Program-made: the position numbers and the translations under genes | Shown here: positions 25,500 through 38,460 of the stretch, in pieces | How positions within the stretch are numbered: the stretch's first letter is position 1 | Layout: each line of letters starts with the position of its first letter | Origin: Octopus sinensis | Lineage: Eukaryota | Assembly (NCBI RefSeq): GCF_006345805.1 | Contig: NC_043001.1 | Span: 24,986,001-25,050,000 of the forward strand | Direction of reading: 5' to 3' | DNA length: 64,000 nucleotides | Notes under the pieces: model-generated | Databases searched by the model: none | What the model was told of the DNA's origin: nothing | What the model saw: only the letters and a program-made list of their open reading frames with translations

Positions 25500-26110
25500 T
25501 TTCACATTACTGTGATCATCAAGTGAGTTCTCACCTTAAGATCACAATGGCATGAAACTTAAGTCATGAAACAGATTCCCAGTTTCAGAAGATTGAATTG
25601 GATGTGAGAATTGCAGTATTCAATCTTCAGAAGAGGAAAGATTGATAAAAAAAAAGCCAAACTTGCCATCTCCAATTCAGTTTTCATGTCTATCATTACC
25701 AATGGTCATGAATTTTAGATAATAGCTGAAAACATATGATTGTGAATACAAGTGACCAAAATGGAGTAATATTATTGAACAGGATGCACACTTCAGTGAG
25801 ATTCTTCCAGTTGAGTTGCTACTTCTTCAGACTGAGAAGTCACAGCTCTGATGCTACAAATGTGTGATTAGAATGTTGCAGGAAAGTATCACATGACAGA
25901 TTTTTCAAGCTGAGCCAACTAGCAGGAGACCTAGAGGTAGACCACAAACAAGATCATTGGCTAATATCCATAGCCTCAGTCGGTTATTCCTGAGAATCCT
26001 ACTTTAAAGTAATGACAGTTGCTTCTGATAGGACCCTATGGAGGAGGTGGCTGAGAACTCTGCTCTCATGACCCACCCAGGAATAGTGAACTGAGAAGAT
26101 AGATGGCTGG
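25500..26110 (+). mobile_element. Old RTE-type LINE 3' coding remnant
   Basis: QIFQAEPTSRRPRGRPQTR motif. Confidence 0.65.
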
Positions 26111-27568
26111 ATTTTTTTAATTATATATGTAAAACCATTTCTCATTTAGCTGACAGACTGATAACTCTGAACACTTGGTACGTGTTGCAGAGCTAAGATG
26201 TCACATATATTCTTGTCTTCTTCTTGCTATCTTTCTGTCCATTCTTCTTGTTATCTTAAATAACTATGTTTCTAAGAAGGACAATCTAATCATAAATATG
26301 AGCCATTTAGTTATAAATTATGTAAAATTACTATAAATATTGCACATGTAGATGTAGGTGTATGCTTCACTGGTGTGTGTCAGCAAAGAATGTATGCATC
26401 ACAGAGAAAAACTGAAAAACTGGTGCCCTGTAAACAAAGTTCTCTATGACTGTTTGCACTAAACTGAATTACACACACTCCTCTGTCACTCCATTTGCAA
26501 TGCTGAGAACCAAGAGCCAGCCCTTTGAAATTTGTAATCAATTACTGTTTCTCACAAGTTGCAATATAAAAAGAAATTAAATGTAATAAACTTCCTCTAT
26601 AAATCAGGCTGCTACTAAAGAATATAAAAATATTGACATAAAATTAGTTAATAGATTTTGTTCAACCTAAAAGCAAATAAATGAAATGTTATAGTTCTAT
26701 GCATGCATATGTAAGTGTGACATATCTGATATTAAATTCTGTCATTGCACTGTCCAGCCATAACCAGCTCTACTAACTGCTGGTAATGATTCATTTAAGT
26801 TTATCAATACAAGAATTTATATCGATCTAAGTAATTCTTTTATATATGTTACATTATTTTAAATTGATAGATAGACAAACAGACATACAAGCAGGCAGAC
26901 AGATATATATATATATATACTTTGGGTATGGTATATATATATACTTTGGGTTCAGCAAAAATTTAGATTCAGATGAATCAACTTAAGTTGAGGCACTAGA
27001 ATTTAGTACGGTATTATCCATACAATTTCAAAGTAAGGTGATTAAAATCAAAATAAGCAACAAGGATATCTAGAGGTAATGCAGTACGATCGTATCATTC
27101 AAAAATTAGTAGTACCTATATTTCAAAGAGCCAGTCTTGTCACACTCTGTGTCATGCTGAATCTCCCCGAGAACAACATTAAGGATACTCGTGTCTGTGG
27201 AGTGCTCAGCCACTTGCTTGCATGTTAATTTCACAAGCAAGCTGTTCCATTGTCTGTATCAGCCGGGAACCTCATTGTTGTAATTAACAGAGTGCTCCTC
27301 CTTTAATATACTGATAGACAGACAGACAGACAGATAGATAAATCATCCGTGAACATAAATCCGAAAAGGGAAGCACATTCTAAGTTATAGAGCATTATAT
27401 ATTAAAGTTAGATAAGATGCCATAAAACTAATCCCTTTATGGATGTGAAACCTTAGGTAATCCCATAAACTGGCCTTATTTAACTTTAATATATATATAT
27501 AATATAATAATGAAATTATTGTATACAGTGCTCAGGTGCACCACAACTTGTCAAAAGGTGCGCCACAA

Positions 27569-27627
<59 letters not shown>

Positions 27628-27730
27628 ATTAAAATCAACTAATAAGTTAAAGGAACTTTTTTTTCTAATTTACATATATATGGAACAATAACTTGACAAA
27701 ATGGTCAAGTAGAACACTTTATGCCTTATA

Positions 27731-27854
27731 TTTAAGAGATGAGGAATTATTTACATTATTTACATTTGATGGATATTTGTCCTCATCTTGTTTGTTGTTA
27801 ACACAACATTTCAGCTGATATACCCTCCAGCCTTCATCAGGTGTCTTGGGGAAA
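27731..27854 (-). mobile_element. Penelope-like terminal fragment with a degenerate hammerhead motif
   Basis: The minus strand reads CTGATGA-A-GGCTG-gagggtatat-CAGCT-GAAAT-GTTG. Confidence 0.65.
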
Positions 27855-29232
27855 GAGTCTGCCGTTATTCCCAGTGTAACAGATTATGTCTACTGCATAA
27901 TTGTCCATTTACCTGTCTCCTGGGAACTCGTCACAAATATAAATATAAACAGGATCCCTAACCAATACAGAACCCACAACCACAAACATTTCCATTTCTC
28001 CAAACAGAATATTCTTTTTTAGCCATAATGAATCTTGCAAAAGAGCTACAAAAGAACATTCTAGCCATCACACAATACCCCTCTTTGCCGCTACCCTATT
28101 GCACAAACTCCCATTGCTGTCATTAACAAGCAAATCACCAAAACAGTCAAAATCAGTCACCACTATCGCCTCAACATTTTTGCTCAATGCACAAAGCATC
28201 AGCCCTTCCACCAATGCCCAAAAATGGAAGATCCAATTTATTGAGGACTGCGTTAATGACTATCCACACCATATCCCTTTTTACGTCCTCACAGAGACCC
28301 ATCTCAATAACCTCCACTTGGAAGCTGATGCAAGAGTGAAGAATTTTACAGCCATCTGTGCAGATCATGTCAGCAGAAGAAAGGGTGGGACCGCCATTTT
28401 CATGCACGATTCTTTTTCAGCTGAAGCAATGGACGTTTCTACCAATGGCCACTGTGAAGTAGCTTCTGTGTATAGTAAAACCAACAATTTAATAGTAGTT
28501 GGGCTCTATTGGCCACCTCTAACTCCTTTTCTACACTTCAAGGAATGCCTCAACAGTATTAAGCATTTCATCCATCAGTGTCATGCTGACAACATATTAA
28601 GGATAGGGGACTTCAACTTTCCCAGTGTTGATTGGTCCACAAACAGCTTGAAACCAGGTTTTTCCACCTCAACCCCTGATAAGGAAGCAATCGAATTGCT
28701 TTTTGATTTCATAGATGAGTTTTTCTTGACCCAACTTGTTCGCGAACCAACAAGGTGTCACAAAAACATCTTGGATCTAGTATTCAGTAACCATACTGAC
28801 ACTATCCTCAATATTGCAATGGAAAAAACACCACTACTCTCAGACCATGACATGGTTCTCTGCGATCTGAGATTCTACCACCCAAAGATCAAATCCAGTG
28901 ACATCTCTCCAGTCCATCCATTTGACACTATGGATCTTCATAACTCAGAATGGGATGCGATCAATCATGATCTTTCACAAGTTGACTGGGCCTTCACGCA
29001 TGCACACACACCCTCCAACATAAACACATTATGACAGACATTTGTAGATTCTGTTACAAATATATGCGCAAAACATACTCCATTAAGATCAGTATACAAA
29101 TCTAAGTGCAGAATCCCTAGAGATAGAAGAGCAATTATCAGAAAAATAAAAAGAATTAACAAGAAAATCAACCAATTTAAATACTGCCAGCAGCAATGCA
29201 CCCATTCGACTGCCATTGCATCGCTTGAATCA
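27855..29232 (+). mobile_element. CR1/Jockey-group LINE fragment: APE endonuclease domain of ORF2 (ORF 28099-29034), no RT
   Basis: APE motifs LTETHL, KGGTAIF, GDFNFP, EPTR..NILDLVFS and SDHDMV. The frame continues past the TGA at 29032-29034. Confidence 0.92.
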
Positions 29233-29352
29233 AAATATAGTTTTTCTAGTATTTCATTGCCCTTAATTATAAGCATTTTACATGAGTGCATACAAATGAA
29301 CATGATAAGACAAATGGATGATAATATTTCTAATATAATAATTTCAAAGGAA

Positions 29353-29796
29353 TAATAAATCTCTGAACGAGATGTAAACAGTAACTGCTCGACAACGTAA
29401 AGTATACTAGCCATCTCACCCTTAGTGGTTAGCCATATTGAGATGGCTAGTATACTTTACGTTGTCGAGCAGTTACTGTTTACATCTTGTTCAGAGATTT
29501 GTTATTGCTTGCAGACAGTTTTTCGAAATCAGTGATGGAAGTTACTAGAAAAACAATAAATAAGTATTTGCAAATGGTCTCCCTTCATCGAAAACTGGTG
29601 ATTGCCATACGCCGAAGACAGGCAAATACCTAGAAACTGCAGTCCGTGCGTATCACTTAGGTTGATGAGAGAGGGATGACCTCCCTTTGCAAATACCACA
29701 AGGGCACAGAAAGTGTGCCTAAAGCCAGCTGAAGACAATAATCTCCTGGGCTAAAAGCTACAGTAACACCCACCCTTAGTAGCTAGTATACTTTAC
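29353..29796. mobile_element. Penelope/retrozyme-like fold-back insertion with a hammerhead motif and a 13-bp TSD
   Basis: 62-bp inverted arms at 29357-29418 and 29439-29500, a terminal direct repeat cccttagt...gctagtatactttac, and TSD aatttcaaaggaa at 29340-29352 and 29797-29809. Confidence 0.85.
29598..29656 (+). ncRNA. Minimal type I hammerhead ribozyme-like motif (variant core CCGAAGA)
   Basis: gtgat..tacg-CCGAAGA-c-AGG-caaata-CCT-a-GAAAC-TGCA-GTC-cgtg..atcac. The palindromic stem III loop is typical of PLE hammerheads. Confidence 0.65.
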
Positions 29797-30147
29797 AATT
29801 TCAAAGGAAAAGAAAACAAATGACTTATAAGCTAATCATTCTGTTTTATATCAATGTTTAAGAATACATGTAAGTGATCAGTGTAATGAGCTTTTTAGTT
29901 CTATAAATTTCTTTATGAAAGAAATCGAATGAGTGATTTAATATTTTTCAAAAACAACAAAAATCAAAGTTTTAATATTCGACCATAGTACTGTCAATAC
30001 ATTCAAGTATTTCTAAAATAAATTCCAAGTTCAAAAGGAATTAAAGATATATTTCTACCAATATTGAGAGTATATATAGAGAATCTCCTGACAATTTTGA
30101 GACTCAATTTGGAATTAGCTATATCTTTGTAGCAAAATGCTCTCATA

Positions 30148-30307
30148 GGCAGAGGAGTGGCTGTGTGGTAAGTAGCTTGCTTACCAACCACATGGTTTCA
30201 GGTTCAGTCCCACTGCGTGGCGCCTTGGGCAAGTGTCTTCTACTGTAGCCTCGGGCCGACCAAAGCCTTGTGAGTGGATTTGGTAGACAGAAACTGAAAG
30301 AAGCCCG

Positions 30308-30355
<48 letters not shown>

Positions 30356-30561
30356 ATATGTTTGTGTGTCTGTGTTTGTCCCTGCAACATCGCTTGACAA
30401 CAGATGGTGGTGTGTTTACGTCCCCGTAACTTAGTGGTTCGGCAAAAAGATACCGATAGAATAAGTACTAGGCTTACAAAGAATAAGTCCTGGGGCCGAT
30501 TTGTTCGACTAAAGGTGGTGCTCCAGCATGGCCACAGTCAAATGACTGAAACAAGTAAAAG
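30148..30561 (+). mobile_element. SINE family A, full length, little decayed
   Basis: Complete structure with many CpGs retained. Confidence 0.92.
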
Positions 30562-31349
30562 TGTAACTCCCCAAGTTATATGAATCAAACCACAGTCAAG
30601 CAGTATTTGCATTCTTCAACTGCTGAATGTTCTGAATTACTTTTACCTTCTGTTTTTACCAAAGTTCTTTTTTAATTTTAGTCATTGTTCATACATTGTA
30701 CCTAGTCCTTTTAGTCCATAGCTAAAAGGATCATCAAAAATCATTTTAAACATCAATGTATATCACAGGCTGCCTCGTAGCCATACCTGCTTGAAAATCA
30801 AAGAGAAAGCTACTACATAGTTACTTTATCTGCTAGAACTAGCAGTCGATCCCTCCCACATTACACTGAACTTCCTTAAAAATGAAAGCACGTTGAGTAA
30901 TGTATATCTGGATAAAAGATATACGGCCCAGATGGAGCATCTCTTATTAAATGTCTACTGAACCAAGGCTGAACCTAGAGGAAAATACAAGCAACCACAT
31001 CGTTGTATATCAAAAGAAAATTGACAACAAAAGCCTTTCAAATATTTATTTTCATGGATTAATTGGAATTTATTTTTTGATATAAAAACAATATGACTTC
31101 AGGAAATAAAAAATATTTTTTTCTTTTTCCCAAAACATTGAATGAAAAATTTGTGGTCAATGCTTCATTAATAACTCATCAATAATTAAGACATTACATA
31201 TTGAATCTTAATTATTCAGTCAGTCAGTAATATATATTTATATATAGATATTTGTAATATACAGGAATATGTTCAGTTTTCTGATCATCATCAGTCTGCT
31301 CAAGCAAGAAGACCAGCAACCCAATTTAACATTTAACTTTATCATTATA

Positions 31350-31742
31350 CTAGCAGTATCACCTGACGTTGCTCGGGTTTGTTTCGACCCTTTAGAATTG
31401 GAATTTTTGAAAAGTAAAAGTTTTGTAATATGTAGCTTGTTATTCTCTTTAAGTGAACATTTTTCTGGTTGAAATACACCGATAAATGGTGACACAGCAG
31501 TCAAAAAATCGTAAAAAAAAAAGGGATTTTCATAGAAAAAAAGCACCTTTTTGATGTAAATAATTTTTGGATGTTAACATGATCTGATTTGAATTTTTTC
31601 TTCTATGGAAGGAAGAGCAAGCCTTCTTCTATCATCCTCTTAATTTTGGTCAACTTGCTCCTCAGGATCTTGGAGGAGATAGTGTTAGTTGAAGGCTACC
31701 AAACCTGCCATACACAGACAACTTCAGCTTTATATATAGAGA
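31350..31742 (-). mobile_element. Complete non-autonomous Helitron; termini related to 13204-13597, different interior
   Basis: The minus strand reads A|TCTCTATATATAAAGCTGAAGTTGT...AAACCCGAGCAACGTCAGGTGATACTGCTAG|T. Confidence 0.92.
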
Positions 31743-33093
31743 TTTATCTTCAAGTATAGTTTGTCTTCCTAAAATATTATTCTGGTTAGAGTCCTCTTCC
31801 TACTTTTTTTCAGTACAAGAAGCCTCTCTTCATCAAATTAATTGTCAACCAACTCCTCTAAAAGTCTTGACAAACTTTCTACGCTTTTTCAAATTTTTCT
31901 TTTATTTTTACAAACTAATATTTTACTGCTTTCTTCACTTTCTAAAATTATTGCATTCTCACCATTGGATAAACATTACAGTTCATCATGCTGGATTTCG
32001 ATGTAAGTAACAAATTATTTAATTCAAAACTCCTTTTCTATAATACAATTGTTTATATACACTATACAATTCAATAGCAGAGCAGCTGTTGTAGTGCCTT
32101 GAAAATTGTGTAGTGTGTGTTAGCCAAATTTTATGAAGTGCTTCAAACTATTTCCCAGCAGCACTCAATAGTAATTCCTATGAATGATCTGAAAAGTATC
32201 TCTTAGGAATTCAAAATGAGAATTAGTATTCAAAAGATTGTGGAGACAAAAGAGGTATTAATAAATCCCACATTGCAACAAATTCCTCATCAAGCAATAG
32301 ATTTAAAGTGCAGTCTTAGATTTATTTCCTGCATTGCAATCAGATAATGATTACCAACAGTCAGAAGGTACATTTATTTCTCTACCTCTCTATCACAAGG
32401 CAGATATTATTTCCCCTTCAACAATATTAGTTTTTATTCTATTATACTTTCATTATATAATGTCACCAGGTAATGTGGAAACAAACAATTGATTCTATCA
32501 AACATGAACTTTGGAATGCAAAATCAATTGCCTACTTTCTAATACCTCCCTAGGCTGTAAATTAATAGAGACAATATTAACAGACTACATAAGATGAAAC
32601 TCATGTAGCATTTAAATGGAATGAGAATTCATGGCACGATGTATTTAACGAAGTGTTAGTAAACAGATAGGAGGGAATCTAAGAAAGAGATGGTACTTGG
32701 TGTTTAGGACTAAGGGAAGTTTATTAGTTCCATAAAGAAATCAATGTTTGAAAAATTAGATCAAATCAACCTTCTCTCTGGGTGTCAAGTGTTTCATGTA
32801 TTTAACTATCCTGAAATTACATGTGTATCAAATACTCACAGGTGAAAATATAAATAAAAACATACGGAAAAAACAAGCTTCAAATTGAAGGTGGTAGCAA
32901 CAGCAACAGTGGTGATTATTTGAAATGCTATGCTTCAGATTGTATTTTAGTTGTGTAGTTTAAAATACTTAACTGTTGACAACTAACTTCCCACATATTT
33001 GTTACCAATTAAATTGCAGTTAGAATTGCTAGATGAAATCGTTATTTATAGCATACAATATAAACTGACAAGCATTCACAGCAAACAGTAAGA

Positions 33094-33133
<40 letters not shown>

Positions 33134-33789
33134 CAAAAATCAAATAGATTTCATGTTGATCATTAGTTTTAGATGATTGATCTGCTAGTTACAGTTTTTA
33201 ATATCTACTGAAATTTTTTAAAATTATTTGAAATGTCAAAACACATGAATTTAATATATCAATACTAAAAAAAACTGAGACTTTTGATATATTGATTCTT
33301 ACTAAAAATATTGCTACCAAGTAAACATACAATTTCATATTCATGTGTATAATATTAGAATATAGATAGCAAATAGCATCTTCAGAATAAGTTAAACTGA
33401 TAGCATCATTTCACTCATTGAGATAATGATTGCTCAATCATTTCATATGTATATATATCACATTTAATGAATACAAGAATTATACATAAGCTATTTCAAA
33501 TTTCATGCTTGAATAGTGAAGTACTTTTTCAAACTTATATAACATACTGTGCATCTAATCTGGTGAAGGTCAAAACATTTTTCAGTTTGATGACATATTT
33601 ACGTATACAATCACCCCTAAACAAACAGACATTTCAACAACACCTGAGAACTTACTCAGATAGTAACCTTAAAATACTTTCTTTCCTAATCAGTTCAGTA
33701 AAAAATTAAATAATGTGTACATACAAAAACTACTAATAGCTTCCAATGCTATACTGTGATGTATACTACCAATGATAAGGAGTGAGGAA

Positions 33790-34240
33790 CAGCAACTGTC
33801 ATGCTCTGGCTGGTCTACAATACCTGCTGCCATATGGTCATCAACAGTATACTCAACCTGCTAAAAATAGCAGCTAGATTTCCTTCAATCACACTCTGCT
33901 AACTTACACAAGTACAAGACATACTAAATATTGTATTCTTACATACCTCTGAAAGAGAGAAGTTGGTCACATCTGGAATTCCATTTATCATAGTTCTGTT
34001 CAATCTGTGTTGGTGTACAGGAATAACCTGAATAATAAAGAGAATATAATATATCATGGTTGTCACACTGCACCCTATGGAAATAGCTTTTGCAAGTCAT
34101 GTGTGCAGTGTAGTTCTCAGTTAGGCAGAGTGTGATATATCTAGAGCAGATCATGGCTCAAATCTGGTCATTTAGCCAACTAGTTGTGTGCCATAGGTCT
34201 GATTGTTCAGAGCTTACTTGGGGCTGTATAACACATTAAA
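33790..34240 (+). mobile_element. Old SINE family C (acctgcta.aaatagcagc motif); related copies at about 12040-12210, 30770-31000, 39360-39440 and 50985-51190
   Basis: Shared degenerate motifs ending in ctggggctaaacaacaac. This copy is split by an insert of about 200 bp. Confidence 0.55.
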
Positions 34241-35051
34241 ACTTTAGCTGTATTAGGGGCTTTTTCCTGTCTTGCAAGTTACTTGACAACCTCACTAGTG
34301 ATAGTCGCATGAAAAAATGCATGCAACACACACTGTAATTTTGTTGGCATTAGGAAGGACATCAAGCCTTAGAAACTATACTAAAGTTGATATTGAGTCT
34401 TGGAGCAGCCCTATGGCTCACCTGATCTTGTCAAGCCATCCAACCCATGACAGCATAGAAAACAGATATTCAGTGATGATGATGATGATGATTATTGTAT
34501 TTGCATATGCACAATTCTTTCTCCTAAATTTTCACCAATATATTTAGACCTATCCAATCTAATTGGTGAGATAATTATTGCAGTAATACACAAGCAACAC
34601 GATTCCAAGACATTATAAAGCAATATATCGATATGTGGTTTACAGAAATGTTCTTTTAAATAATGTGTAAAAAAGTAGGTGATGTAGACTATAAATGGTA
34701 GTTTGTGTAAATTTAAATTTGCCATAAACAAGTTATGGTAAAAGTCAACACAACTATACTTGAAATGGACTAACAAACTCATTCAACTTAACACACATCT
34801 TGGTGGGACTTGGTAAGAAGTAAGATGATTAGGTAAGAGGTAAAAGGATTAGGTAAGAGGAAAAGTCCATTCAAAGTTGAATTTATGGTGCTGTAATAAA
34901 TGAAGAAAAAATAACTTAGAATGCATAACTGGTATAAGTTAGAAGAGTGAAGCAACTGCAAGACAGATAAGGCAAAAGAGAAAAATTACTTCCTTTTGTA
35001 ATATCCATCAGAACAGTCTACTTTCTGGCTGGTCCATCCTGTTCGTCAGTA

Positions 35052-35467
35052 CTCTTTTAGTTGTTTCAGTCATTTGACTGTGTCCATGCCAGAGCACCAC
35101 CTTTAGTCGAGCAAATCAACCCCAGGACTTATTCTTTGGCAGCCTAGTACTTATTCTATCGGTCTCTTTTGCCGAACCGCTAAGTTACAGGGATGTAAAC
35201 ACACCACCATCGGTTGTCAAACAATATTGGGGGAGTCAAACACAGATGCTGGGAGGACAAACACAGACATAAAAACATACACACACATATATATATATAT
35301 ATACGACGGGCTTCTTTCAGTTTCTGTCTACCAAATCCACTCACAAGGCTTTGGTCGGCCCAAGGCTATAGTAGAAGACACTTGCCCAAGGTGCCACGCA
35401 GTGGGACTGAACCCTGAACCATGTGGTTGGTAAGCAAGCTACTTACCACACAGCCACTCCTGCACCT
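35052..35467 (-). mobile_element. SINE family A
   Basis: Reverse complement of a full copy with a small internal duplication. Confidence 0.9.
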
Positions 35468-35656
35468 ATAATTTAATTTAATTTCTTCTCTTCTGATATA
35501 TATATATATATATATAATTCATAAATAGAGCATCCCTTCTCCAACAGAAGTAATTTGCTATTTCTTTTTTATTCATATCCTCAGCTTATGGAGTATATTA
35601 ATCTTCTTTTCAGAACTAAAATATTTTAATTTCTTAATATTAACAGACAGTTAGAT

Positions 35657-35850
35657 AGTGAGCTGGCAGAATTGTTAGCATGCCAGGCAAAATGCTTGAC
35701 AACATTTTGTCTATCTTAATGTTCTGAGTTCAAATTCTGCTGAGGTTGGTTTTATCTTTCATCCTTTCTGGGTCAATATAATAAAGATCAGCTGAGCCCT
35801 TATCCCTCCCCCAAAATTGCTGGCCTTGCACCAAAACATGAAACCAATAT
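35657..35850 (+). mobile_element. SINE family B
   Basis: gtgagctggcagaattgttagcatgccaggc head and core. Confidence 0.85.
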
Positions 35851-36040
35851 TAATAGTCACTCAATAAGAAGGGTTCTTATCAGGAGCCCTCTATATCCCT
35901 TGTGGATTTGGAAACCAAAGTCTGAGATATGGCATGTGAATCCTATTATTGTTTCCTATGATGCCCTCTACATGATAAAATCCTTATGATTTGGAATCAT
36001 ATGGGCACTTAACAGGACTGATGATAATGATGATTGTTAA

Positions 36041-36263
36041 CCCTTTCGTTAACCAACCTGGCTGAAACTGGCTCTGGCTCTGTAGTACAAATGTCTTGTT
36101 TTCATAAGTTTTTGAATTAAAATCTTCTACTAAAGCTTAGTCACAATTTATGTTCTTAATACTAGCTGAATGATGACTAAGTTATTTTATTAAATTCTTT
36201 GTTTTGTTTAAAGTAATCAAAAGAAACACAGAGCATCTCAAAATAAATAAGGTAACAAAAGGG
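36041..36263. mobile_element. piggyBac-type MITE
   Basis: TTAA|CCCTTTCGTTA...TAACAAAAGGG|TTAA. Confidence 0.88.
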
Positions 36264-36829
36264 TTAATAGTCTCATAACAGGAAGTATGAGGACATGTTG
36301 GGCAATTCGTTTGGTGTAGGGGTGGAATCATAATAAACATTCAGATCCCCACCCTGCAGTGATTTATAAACCACTGTAAAGGCCTATTCTTATATTTGAA
36401 AATATATGTTAGTATCTGCTTCTGTTGCCAAAATGTTAGATTATACTCAAGAAACTTGATTAGTAAGCTCTTTTTCACAAACAATGAACTGGAGGAGTAG
36501 AATGTTTATATAATATTTTTTGTGATGAATGTTTAGTTTGGACATGTGTAAGTTAATATTGTTTTTAGAAAAACATGAGTTGGATAGATGTTTGCAGAGT
36601 TCTGACGAGAATGGATACCACATTGTCAGTAATGAGAAGAGACAGTTGCGTTGAAATGACAGTTTTATAGTAGATGCTCAAAACAAAAACTACTACTTTA
36701 GTTTATAAGAAATTAGAAGAGATAACAAGCCAGGAAGTGGAAATGGTCTATGATATATAAATTACAACAAACCTGATTTTTTTTTTTCTCTATGGGCAGG
36801 GGTTATTTTTACAAAATACAAAATATTTT

Positions 36830-37150
36830 GTTGTGTCTGGTGAGAGATATTTTCTTTTTGTGCCTTATAATTTAACACACTCACCAGTAAAATTGCCACT
36901 TCTTCCTTATTATTATTTTCCTAAAATTTTCGTTACAACCTTTTCAATAGTCTTGAGTCAAGAGTATTGACAAGGTTGCAAGACACAACGAAAATTTTAG
37001 GAAAATAATAAGAAATAAGTGGAAATTTTACCGGTGAGTGTGTTTACATTATAAGGCACAAAAAGAAAATGACTCTCCCCAGACACAACAGAATATGCTT
37101 CAACACACAAACTCATATAAAGAATCTTGCAAACCAAATCCAAAAACGAA
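36830..37150. mobile_element. Fold-back insertion, same family as 8976-9213, with longer arms and a 12-bp TSD
   Basis: TSD acaaaatatttt at 36818-36829 and 37151-37162. It has the same tail, ...cttgcaaaccaaatccaaaaacgaa. Confidence 0.87.
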
Positions 37151-37603
37151 ACAAAATATTTTCATTTCTGAAATGCATGCAATAGTTAATGGTTACATTG
37201 GATAACACTTACCTGTCATTTATTTAACCAAAAATATATTCAATGATTACAACTAAAGTATATTTGAGCACATGATGAAAAAAAAAAGAACATGAGCTAG
37301 TTAATATTATTTTCATTTTATAAAAGACAACTTCAGATACATTTCTGCCTTAGGGGGACAGTTTTCTATAACTTATCAAGGTACAATGTTTCTCCTGCTT
37401 TATATCAACAAATTAACAATTTTCTGTATCACTACCATTCCAACTAGTTACAAAAAGGTTGCACTTCATTGACAAACTTCAACTAAAGCAAAACGCATCA
37501 AGATTGGACTTCTGTAATACCTTCTGAAAATCCATATTTAGTCATAGCATTTCGTACAAATTAGATAAGTTACGCACTAATTTTAAGCATTTTTTTTTTC
37601 TAG

Positions 37604-37764
37604 TACAACCGTTAGATCCTGCTCAAAGAAGTTCTGCATTCATTCGTCATAAGCTAGGAGGCCGATCAAGTTCCTTGGAAATTGATGAGTCAAAATCCGG
37701 GGCATCAAGTTTTTCCCTCTACTCGAATCCATCACCAGTTAGTTCAAACCCAAACTTGTCACAA
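37604..37764 (+). CDS. STAC: STAC-like adaptor, Ser-rich linker exon (QPLDPAQRSSAFIRHKLGGRSSSLEIDESK...NLSQ), phase 1-0
   Basis: Branch-like gcactaa, poly-T tract, ctag acceptor and CAA|gtaagt donor. The 161 nt are open and in phase with both neighbouring exons. Confidence 0.85.
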
Positions 37765-38049
37765 GTAAGTGAAATTCTCTGAATCAGATTTTTATTTCTA
37801 TCATTTGCTTTGTCATTTATAAATATGGTGTCAAAAAAAATACGTGTGTGTACACATATTTATATATTTAATTAATTATCATCGTTGGCAATCCCTCAGA
37901 GTCAAGTATGATTGTCCACCAGATTTAACAATTGTTTCATGCACCATAATAATGAACAACATAGCCACATCACTTGATATTGAAGAAACTAAAAGAATAA
38001 TTCATTCTCTAAAAATAAAAAAAAAAACACTCTGATCCAACAGGATATA

Positions 38050-38245
38050 CTTGTTTCAGTCATTTGATTGCGGCCATACTGGAGCACAGCCTTTTAGTCG
38101 AGTAAATCAACCCCAGGACTTATTCTATCGGTCTCTTTTGCCAAACCTCTAAGTTACGGGGACGTAAACATACCACCATCAGTTGTCAAGCGATGTTGGG
38201 GGGACAAAAACAGATACAAAAACATATACACACACACACACACAC

Positions 38246-38292
<47 letters not shown>

Positions 38293-38460
38293 CATATATA
38301 CGATGGGCTTCTTTCAGTTTCCGTCTAAATCCACTCACACGGCTTTGGTCGGCCCGAGGCTATAGTAGAAGACACTTGCCCAAGGTGCCATGCAGTAGGA
38401 ATGAACCCGGAACCATGTGGTCGGTAAGCAAGCTACTTACCGCACAGCCACTCCTGCACC
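38050..38460 (-). mobile_element. SINE family A
   Basis: Reverse complement copy. Confidence 0.9.

Noticed and set aside
33947-34027. 81-nt minus-strand exon candidate (VIPVHQHRLNRT...)
   Set aside because: About half of it is old SINE family C sequence and the rest is an insert within that SINE.
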